A DNA stretch of 64,000 nucleotides. Source: Candidatus Babeliales bacterium (GTDB lineage Bacteria > Babelota > Babeliae > Babelales > JABCYS01). The notes beneath the pieces were generated by a model. The model had not been told where the DNA came from. It did not search any database and worked only from the letters and a program-made list of their open reading frames with translations. The stretch is from contig JAFGJD010000004.1 of NCBI GenBank assembly GCA_016929235.1, forward strand, positions 64,866-128,865, written 5' to 3'. Made by a program: the position numbers and the translations under genes. Below, piece by piece: positions 57,003-64,000 of this stretch (its first letter is position 1; every line of letters begins with the position of its first letter).

Positions 57003-57989
57003 ATGTTTATTCTTCGCAGTATAAGTGCGTGTATTCTGTCGTTTATTGTAACATTTCTTCTTGTGCCTGTTATGCGATCACTGGCTTATACGTTTGGCAT
57101 TATCGATGTTCCGGACGGCAAAATAAAAACTCACAAGCAAGCAACTCCATATTTGGGAGGAATTGCAGTTTATGCAGGTTTTCTTTTTGCGCTTGCAGCG
57201 ACCATGTCATTGTCTACAGATATTATTCCTCTTGTTGTAGGGTGCACAGTATTATTGTTTGTGGGCCTCCTTGATGACATCATAACAATTACGCCCTTAC
57301 AAAAATTTTTAGGACAACTTGGTGCCGCAATTATCTTGGTCAAGGGGGGCTTTTATCTTAAAGATGAATTTTTTCATACCTATTGGTTCCTTGCTATTCC
57401 ATGTTCATTGTTGTGGATATTGACAATTACGAACGCAATCAATCTTGTGGATATTATGGATGGACTTGCGGTTACCATTGCGGGAGGAGCGACTTTATCC
57501 TTTTTGGTGATTGCATTGTTTGCGCAAAATAGTACTGCAGCACTTATGGTTGCCTCATTATTAGGAGCGCTTATTGCTTTTTACTTGTTCAATAAAATGC
57601 CTGCGCGCATTTATCTGGGAGACGCTGGAGCCCTCTTTATTGGGGGAGTTCTTGCCAGTGTTCCGTTTCTTTTCAATTGGAGTCTAATACAAAAATATGG
57701 ATTGGTTTCTCCTCTTGTAATTTTGGGGGTTCCGATTCTCGAAGTCTGCTCATTGATTGCCATACGAATGAAAAATAATATTCCGTTTTATTTGGGGAGC
57801 CCCCACCACTTTGCCCATTATCTCCAACGCAAAAAGTGGATGAATAAGGTTATTTTGTTCTTTGTCTTAGGGGTATCCCTCTTACTTGGTGTGATTGCTG
57901 GATTGTTTCTATATGGATATCTAAGTATATGGCACATGTTCTGGGTTCTTGGGGGGGTGCTTGGGTTCTGGTTGGCTATAGTGTACTAG
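57003..57989 (+). CDS. Glycosyltransferase family 4 polyprenyl-phosphate HexNAc-1-phosphate transferase (WecA/MraY-like)
   Basis: ATG 57003 with an AAGGGG SD. About 10 TM segments. Motifs DDIITITP, NAINLVDIMDGLA and YLGDAGALFIG. Confidence 0.8.
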   Translation: MFILRSISACILSFIVTFLLVPVMRSLAYTFGIIDVPDGKIKTHKQATPYLGGIAVYAGFLFALAATMSLSTDIIPLVVGCTVLLFVGLLDDIITITPLQKFLGQLGAAIILVKGGFYLKDEFFHTYWFLAIPCSLLWILTITNAINLVDIMDGLAVTIAGGATLSFLVIALFAQNSTAALMVASLLGALIAFYLFNKMPARIYLGDAGALFIGGVLASVPFLFNWSLIQKYGLVSPLVILGVPILEVCSLIAIRMKNNIPFYLGSPHHFAHYLQRKKWMNKVILFFVLGVSLLLGVIAGLFLYGYLSIWHMFWVLGGVLGFWLAIVY

Positions 57990-58849
57990 GTGACCAGATT
58001 ATTCAAGATGGTAAGGTTACGTTCATAATCTTTGAGGCCATGTTGATCTGGAGTCTCGAGTAGCTTAGGAATATGTAAGAAGCGTTCGTCATTCATCAGT
58101 AATCTGAATGGCTCGAGCCCTAATTTTCCTTTTCCAATATGTTCATGTCTATCGATTTTGGATGTAAGCGACGTTTTTGAATCATTAAGATGAAAAGCCT
58201 TCACATGGTGTAATCCGATTATGTCATCGAAGAACTTCCATGTGTTTTTGTATGTTATCTTCGTGCGAAGATCATATCCCGCTGCAAATATGTGGCATGT
58301 ATCCACGCAAACACCTGTCTGACTTGGATGGTTGATGTGTTGAAGTAAATAAGCAATTTCTTCGAATGTTGCGCCAACATTTGTTCCTTGTCCTGCCATT
58401 GTTTCAATCAATAGCTTTGCTGTTCCATCGTGATGAGATAACGTTTCTTTTATAGCTGATGAGATTTGTTTTAATGCATCATTCAGCTCTTGTTTCCCTC
58501 TGGATCCGGGATGGAGCACAAGGTAAGGTATTCCCAATCGGTCGCATCTACTTAATTCTTCCTTTAATGCTTTATGTGATTTTTCAAATGTTTCTTGGGA
58601 TGTTGCGCCAAGATTAATTAAGTAGCTTGCATGTGCAACAATATGTTTTTTTTGAATGCCTGTTTCTTGTAATGCCTCGTTGAATGCGGCTATCGAATCC
58701 TGAATGATTGGTCGCGCATGCCATTGCCGATTACTTTTTGTAAAAATTTGTAATGCTGTACACCCAATAGATGCTCCGCGTTGTACTGCTTTATCAAAGC
58801 CTCCTGCAATTGACATGTGTGCGCCACATACAAATGGTTTTTTTCCCAT
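57986..58849 (-). CDS. nfo: Endonuclease IV (AP endonuclease)
   Basis: GAHMSIAGG, LVLHPGS, ETMAGQG, VCVDTCH and HLNDS motifs of the Nfo TIM barrel. Confidence 0.93.
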   Translation of the reverse strand: MGKKPFVCGAHMSIAGGFDKAVQRGASIGCTALQIFTKSNRQWHARPIIQDSIAAFNEALQETGIQKKHIVAHASYLINLGATSQETFEKSHKALKEELSRCDRLGIPYLVLHPGSRGKQELNDALKQISSAIKETLSHHDGTAKLLIETMAGQGTNVGATFEEIAYLLQHINHPSQTGVCVDTCHIFAAGYDLRTKITYKNTWKFFDDIIGLHHVKAFHLNDSKTSLTSKIDRHEHIGKGKLGLEPFRLLMNDERFLHIPKLLETPDQHGLKDYERNLTILNNLVT

Positions 58850-58961
58850 AAAATTCCTGCATTGTAAAAACCGTGAAAGAACCTTTTCATTTTTTCTTGT
58901 TTGGGTACTCTGTGTTGAGTGATTTTTATATCCCTTGTATTATCATCCACTGAGGCTTTCC

Positions 58962-61094
58962 ATGCAAATCCTGCGATACGGTCTTCTCTGTAGCTTATTC
59001 TGCGCACATTTTTATGTTGTAGCTAAAAAACCAAAAGAAAATTTTGCAAAGGCGCATGATGTTGTGTTACTTGAGCGGCCCAATGCATGCACGTTAGACC
59101 AATCATTATATTTTTCAGAAAAACAACCATCTGGTGTGTATAAGAAACAAAATAAAAAAGATAGCATTATTTCTGCGAAAGAGGCTCAGGTGGGGGAGAT
59201 CCCTCAGGCATCCTTCAATGTCGATACTCCGCCCCCGCAAATGCCTCAACCCCTTTCTCTCAAAGTGCTTGATACGCAACTGATCATGGGTGGCAAATAT
59301 CGTCCAGAACTTTTTTATGGACAAAACCTTGCTCTTTTAAATCATGTCAACAAAGCCGATCGAGTGTTACCCATACGTCATACATTTGATTTTGTTGGAC
59401 ATGCATTCTTGGGAAAAGAAAAATATGGAAAGCCGGCAGTAGAGTTGCGCTTTGCATTGCGTAATAAAGGAATTTGGGGGAATACTGGTTCTATTATTCC
59501 TACGACCGAATCTACGATCAGGGTTGGAAGTGTAACAACTGGTGCACACAGACACAATCTTGGGCGTCATGTATTGTGGTTGAAAGAGTTATGGTTGAAG
59601 GGCTCTCTGAGTACCATGTTTGGATCAGAGGATCCAGAAGAACATATATTTAAGTTAGGATTTCACCCGTTTATTTTGGGAAACGGTATCACATTAGGAC
59701 CTGCATATGCACTGAACCCGGGCTTTCTTGGCTTTTATACAGATAACGTTGTTGATCAGTTTACTCCTGGTTTGCTTTTTAGCGGGGAGGCTTACAAAGA
59801 TCGTTTAACATATGATGTGTACGGTGCCATTTTAGAAAATCTCAGTGATCGTGTTGCAACCAATGCTGAGGAGATTTATAAAAATGCATTTGGATACCAA
59901 GATAATCCATCTCGCGGATTTGGATCGATAAATTGGCTTGTTGCTGCGCGTTTGAAAGCGACGCCATTTATTTTAGAGGATCTGGGTACATTTCGTATAG
60001 AGCCTTATCTTTTATATGACCGTGCACCTGAGCAGAGAATTGAATTTCAAGGAGGTGCAGAAAGTAAGTTTGGTTCGGTTGGGTTTAGATTTTCACATTT
60101 TATTGGTGACTATGATTTCAATTTTGAAGTTGCCAAAAACTTTGGACATCAAAAAATTTTGGGGTGGGATCGTAACCAGCAAATACTACAAGTGAATAGC
60201 TCAACGGGCTCTGTAGAAGCAGTTTATACACATGTCTATAACGCTGACGGGACACCTGCTGCAGTAACATCAGCAAATGCTGCCTACGTTGCTTCACAAC
60301 GCGCATGTGATTGCCATGTCGATGTAACACAGTGGAATGGAACAACTATACCGGATAGCACCCTAGTAAATGCCAGCAATAGATTCCGTCCATGTTTCCA
60401 AAATCAATTTAATGGATGGATGTGTGTGGCAGATGCAAGTTTTACTACCTTTGATAAACAGTTAATGCTTGCGTTTGAATTTGGCTATGCATCAGGGGAT
60501 GATGATCCAAATCTAGATATGTTTGATAATAGCATCTGTGAAAGAAGTTTCAGTGGATTTGTTGGTCTTCAAGAAATCTTTAATGGAAATAAAGTAGAAA
60601 GTGCATATGTTTTGGGACAACGAACATTGGCTCGTCCGTTGACGCTTCCTAATTCTGCAATGAAGCAGGGGCGCTATGCATCGACGGTGGCGTCATTTAC
60701 AAATGTTTCATATTTAGGTGCTGCATTTCATATTAAGCCAAAGGTGAAGTCAAAGTTGTGTTGGCGGCCAAACATAATGATGTTCTGGCAACCGGAGCCA
60801 ACGTTAGCATTTGATGCTTCAACAGCAACGACATCAGATATCCAGAAGGCAAACTCATTCCTCGGTATAGAGATCAATAGTTTTGTGGATGCAAATATTT
60901 TAGAAAATTTAAAAGCATTCTTTGTGGTGTCTGCGTTCTTCCCAGGAAGCCATTATGATGATATTAGAGGAACACCACTCAATAATGTTCACTTAAAATT
61001 ACTTGATCGCGCAAGTATTGATCTTGATAATTTACCGCTCCTGGGTACTGATACTGCTTTCTCGTTTAATATGGGGCTTGAATACCAATTCTAA
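58962..61094 (+). CDS. Putative outer-membrane beta-barrel protein (~710 aa)
   Basis: ATG 58962 with a GAGG SD. Signal-like MQILRYGLLCSLFCAHFYVVA. Alternating amphipathic segments rich in aromatic and Gly residues, and a C-terminal ...FSFNMGLEYQF ending in Phe (the OMP beta-signal). I did not recognise the family. Confidence 0.55.
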   Translation: MQILRYGLLCSLFCAHFYVVAKKPKENFAKAHDVVLLERPNACTLDQSLYFSEKQPSGVYKKQNKKDSIISAKEAQVGEIPQASFNVDTPPPQMPQPLSLKVLDTQLIMGGKYRPELFYGQNLALLNHVNKADRVLPIRHTFDFVGHAFLGKEKYGKPAVELRFALRNKGIWGNTGSIIPTTESTIRVGSVTTGAHRHNLGRHVLWLKELWLKGSLSTMFGSEDPEEHIFKLGFHPFILGNGITLGPAYALNPGFLGFYTDNVVDQFTPGLLFSGEAYKDRLTYDVYGAILENLSDRVATNAEEIYKNAFGYQDNPSRGFGSINWLVAARLKATPFILEDLGTFRIEPYLLYDRAPEQRIEFQGGAESKFGSVGFRFSHFIGDYDFNFEVAKNFGHQKILGWDRNQQILQVNSSTGSVEAVYTHVYNADGTPAAVTSANAAYVASQRACDCHVDVTQWNGTTIPDSTLVNASNRFRPCFQNQFNGWMCVADASFTTFDKQLMLAFEFGYASGDDDPNLDMFDNSICERSFSGFVGLQEIFNGNKVESAYVLGQRTLARPLTLPNSAMKQGRYASTVASFTNVSYLGAAFHIKPKVKSKLCWRPNIMMFWQPEPTLAFDASTATTSDIQKANSFLGIEINSFVDANILENLKAFFVVSAFFPGSHYDDIRGTPLNNVHLKLLDRASIDLDNLPLLGTDTAFSFNMGLEYQF

Positions 61095-61166
61095 AATACT
61101 TGCTGTGGCGCAAGGCGTTGTATTAGACTCTCTAGACATATGGTATATCAAAAAAAGGAGAGTCAT

Positions 61167-61781
61167 ATGGGGAGACAACGCTTAGCTTTGTTTGTTGCTT
61201 TTATGTTGGGCTGTTGCTCATCGCTAGTACTCATGAGGTACAGGAATCTTGATGCCGAGAATTCTGTTCCTAGACCCACAGGAATTATGCCTAAAGTTGT
61301 CAAATACGGATATGCATATCTGGCTCCACTGAGAGGGGCCCCACTTATAGGGGTGAATCCGTCGGGTCCAGCTGAACAGGCATACGTAGCTGCATTCTGG
61401 AATAGTGTTGCTACCGGGGTTGGTCTTGGTCTCGTGCCACTCGTGTATAGTGGCGTCGTTCGCCGTGATTTTGACAAAGCGCATCGCATTTCAACGTATC
61501 TCAGTCTCTTATGGGCAAGCTATACGGCAGCCATGGCAGGTGCATTTCAGTCCCTTCTTTTTAATCAGCCAGAGCTTTTATCACAATTAGCTGCGGAGAT
61601 GGATGAAGCAGTTGTCATGATCGATGAGGCGCTGAAAAACAATGATCCCGAGCTTCAGAGGCTGTTAAATCTCTATGAGAGTGGATTGTTTCCAGCAGTT
61701 GTACAGACGCCGGGGTTTCCTCAACGGGGTATGTTTACAAGCCAACCTGCTCTTCCTGAAAAACCGGCGCAGGAAGAATAA
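61167..61781 (+). CDS. Hypothetical lipoprotein/membrane protein (orphan)
   Basis: ATG 61167 follows AGGAG. MGRQRLALFVAFMLGCCSS has a lipobox-like MLGC. Confidence 0.5.
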   Translation: MGRQRLALFVAFMLGCCSSLVLMRYRNLDAENSVPRPTGIMPKVVKYGYAYLAPLRGAPLIGVNPSGPAEQAYVAAFWNSVATGVGLGLVPLVYSGVVRRDFDKAHRISTYLSLLWASYTAAMAGAFQSLLFNQPELLSQLAAEMDEAVVMIDEALKNNDPELQRLLNLYESGLFPAVVQTPGFPQRGMFTSQPALPEKPAQEE

Positions 61782-61801
61782 ATCCTTCGTCTTTCCTTTG
61801 T

Positions 61802-61819
61802 GGATATAACAAGATATCC
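61802..61819 (+). terminator. Weak candidate terminator hairpin
   Basis: GGATAT-aacaag-ATATCC followed by TTTTATTG, 20 nt after the 61781 stop. The stem is short and AT-rich. Confidence 0.3.
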
Positions 61820-61859
61820 TTTTATTGTATGTGTATGGTTTTAGAGGATATCAGACGGC

Positions 61860-63620
61860 ATGAAGATACAAAGGACGGTCTCCTGTGGCCAGGTAACTCA
61901 GGAACATGTTGACAAAAAAATCCAGCTAAGCGGATGGGTCAATAAGCGCCGAGATCATGGAGGATTGATTTTTATCGATCTACGAGATAGAACCGGTCTT
62001 ATGCAGCTGGTATTTAATCCTGATATTGCCGCTGAGGCACATAAAGCTGCCCATGCTCTGCGCTCTGAATATGTGATCTCTGTTTGTGGTATAGTTTATC
62101 CTCGTCCGACAGAAACGGTTAACGAGAAATTACCGACCGGCAAATTGGAGCTCTATGTTACTGAACTAGAAATTCTTAATAGGGCAAAGATGTTGCCATT
62201 CTCTTTAGAAGACGCGGAGAATGTTGATGAGGAATTGCGGTTGAAATACCGCTACTTGGATTTGCGTCGTAAGCGCATGTACAGCAATATGGCGCTTCGT
62301 AGTGATGTTATATTTCTAATGAGATATTTCCTGCAACAACATGGGTTCCATGAAATTGAAACACCAACCCTTACTAAAGATACTCCCGAAGGTGCGCGTG
62401 AGTTTTTAGTTCCTTCACGTCTTCACCATGGGTTCTTTTATGCCCTACCACAGTCGCCACAGTTATATAAGCAGTTACTCATGGCCGGTGGTATTGAGCG
62501 ATATTTTCAGGTAGCTCGTTGTTTCCGTGACGAAGATCTTAGGGCTGATCGTCAGCCGGAATTTACCCAGCTTGATCTTGAACTTTCTTTTGTAACAGCG
62601 CAAGATATCCAGGATCTGATGGAAGCCTTGTTGGTATATATCATGAAGGCGGTCAAAGGCATTGAAATTCCGAGACCATTTACACGCATAGTATATGAGC
62701 AGGCATTTGAGGTGTACGGATCAGATAAGCCCGATTTGCGGTTTGAGCTCAAGATTCAGGACCTCAGCACACTCTTTAAAGACACGTCATTAAAATTTCT
62801 ACAGACTGTTTTGCAGCAGGATGGTCGTATTGGGGCGCTACACGTTGCTGGAAAAACATTTACACGGTCTGAGCTTGATAGTTGGGTAATACGAGCACAA
62901 AACCTTGGTGCAAAGGGGTTGTTATGGGTGCGTTTTGATGAGGATGGCAAACCTGAGTCCCCGGTGGCTAAGTTCTTGCCAGATGACTTTCTGTTTCGTG
63001 TTGCAAACGTTATTCCATCATGCACCAAGAATGATACGTTATTTATTATTGCAGGGCCGTATAAAGAAGCATGGACATCTTTGGGGCGCTTACGCCTTGA
63101 GCTGGGAGAAGCATTGAACTTGATCCCGCATGACGTTTATAATTTTTCATGGATTGTTGATTTTCCTCTCTTTGAATATGACGCGGATGCAAAATGCTGG
63201 AATGCGACGCATCATCCATTTACATCGCCAACCGAGGAATGGGAAAATCAGGAGCCTGGTGAGATGCACGCTAAAGCCTACGACGTGATCTTGAATGGTG
63301 TTGAGCTTGGCGGTGGATCTATTCGTATTCATGACCAAGCTGTTCAAAAGAAAATGTTTGAGCTGCTAGGGCTATCTACTGAGGAAACCCAAGAAAAATT
63401 CGGGTTCCTTCTCGAGGCGCAGGAGTTAGGGTTTCCGCCTCATGGGGGTATAGCTCTTGGCTTGGATCGCTTGATTATGTTATTAACTAATTCGAATTCA
63501 ATTCGCGATGTCATTGCATTTCCAAAGACACAGCGAGGATTTGATTTAATGATGAGTGCCCCAGCATCGGTTGATGCAGCTAAGTTGCGCGAGTATGGGC
63601 TAGTAGTGAAAAAGAAATAA
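61860..63620 (+). CDS. aspS: Aspartate--tRNA ligase (probably non-discriminating, given gatB)
   Basis: Class II motifs FRDEDLRADRQPEFTQLD, GGGSIRIH and GIALGLDR, with an N-terminal OB fold. 586 aa. Confidence 0.97.
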   Translation: MKIQRTVSCGQVTQEHVDKKIQLSGWVNKRRDHGGLIFIDLRDRTGLMQLVFNPDIAAEAHKAAHALRSEYVISVCGIVYPRPTETVNEKLPTGKLELYVTELEILNRAKMLPFSLEDAENVDEELRLKYRYLDLRRKRMYSNMALRSDVIFLMRYFLQQHGFHEIETPTLTKDTPEGAREFLVPSRLHHGFFYALPQSPQLYKQLLMAGGIERYFQVARCFRDEDLRADRQPEFTQLDLELSFVTAQDIQDLMEALLVYIMKAVKGIEIPRPFTRIVYEQAFEVYGSDKPDLRFELKIQDLSTLFKDTSLKFLQTVLQQDGRIGALHVAGKTFTRSELDSWVIRAQNLGAKGLLWVRFDEDGKPESPVAKFLPDDFLFRVANVIPSCTKNDTLFIIAGPYKEAWTSLGRLRLELGEALNLIPHDVYNFSWIVDFPLFEYDADAKCWNATHHPFTSPTEEWENQEPGEMHAKAYDVILNGVELGGGSIRIHDQAVQKKMFELLGLSTEETQEKFGFLLEAQELGFPPHGGIALGLDRLIMLLTNSNSIRDVIAFPKTQRGFDLMMSAPASVDAAKLREYGLVVKKK

Positions 63621-63673
63621 TCAAAAATCCCGACAAATGCTGCTTGGTAATCCTTAAAAGGAGGGGAAGTCAT

Positions 63674-64000
63674 ATGAAGGTAGCTGATCTACGTGGGCGT
63701 GAAATATTTGATTCTCGTGGATATCCCACACTTGAATGTGAAGTGACATTAGAAAGCGGCGCAAGTGTTATTGCGTCCGTGCCATCAGGAGCATCGACAG
63801 GAAAAAATGAGGCACTTGAACTCCGTGATGGAGGTTCTCGCCTGATGGGAAAGGGTGTTACCAAATCAATACAAATCATTGAAGATGTTATAGCTCCTGT
63901 GTTTATTGGGCAGGAACTGAATGCGCCTGCCATGGATGAGATTTTAGTGCAGTTAGATGGAACTCAACATAAAAGCAAATTGGGTGCTAATACGACATTG
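63674..64000 (+). CDS. eno: Enolase (5' partial; continues beyond window)
   Basis: ATG 63674 follows AAAGGAGGGG. It translates to MKVADLRGREIFDSRGYPTLECEV...VPSGASTGKNEALELRDG. It is absent from the ORF track because there is no stop in the window. Confidence 0.93.
   Translation, partial: MKVADLRGREIFDSRGYPTLECEVTLESGASVIASVPSGASTGKNEALELRDGGSRLMGKGVTKSIQIIEDVIAPVFIGQELNAPAMDEILVQLDGTQHKSKLGANTTL

Noticed and set aside
61799-61807. Isolated DnaA-box-like 9-mer TGTGGATAT upstream of aspS
   Set aside because: It is a single one-mismatch match that overlaps a weak hairpin. Such a match is expected by chance, and there is no cluster.

Overview
This is a gene-dense, moderately AT-rich bacterial chromosomal window with about 55 CDS, one tRNA and one tmRNA. 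Most genes are single-copy housekeeping genes: alaS, pth, smpB/ssrA, tsaD, rho, secF, rpmA, polA, priA, orn, typA, ddl, ruvA, mnmE, rng, gatB, nusA, infB, aspS and eno. Skp-like, Pal/OmpA-type and large beta-barrel proteins, plus nucleotide-sugar genes, point to a diderm envelope. Canonical operons are scrambled, and roughly nine orphan signal-peptide proteins and a PAF-acetylhydrolase-like lipase sit singly between core genes. This fits a reduced, possibly host-associated genome (Dependentiae/TM6-like is only a guess; no search was possible). I found no transposase, integrase, prophage, CRISPR array, restriction-modification, toxin-antitoxin or recognisable defence genes. I could not identify a coherent multi-gene novel system. 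The observations most worth a second look are:
- a candidate oriC at 53.54-53.79 kb, with ten helically phased DnaA boxes, an AT-rich element and a visible G/C strand-composition flip, and no dnaA in the window;
- a single 739-aa polypeptide made of two complete D-Ala-D-Ala ligase modules, the second with Ser->Cys and Tyr->Phe changes at the D-Ala2 site;
- a perfect 43-bp direct repeat bracketing a 1.1-kb two-gene cassette;
- a signal-peptide protein with a 6-phosphofructo-2-kinase-like P-loop;
- two DNA glycosylases (MutY-like and family-4 UDG-like) that both lack their usual [4Fe-4S] cysteines;
- a G8 tract forming the Shine-Dalgarno sequence (SD) of a secreted Ser/Thr/Pro-rich protein;
- a Jag_N-only protein with an Arg-rich tail upstream of mnmE.
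All functional calls come from motif recognition by eye, not from database searches.
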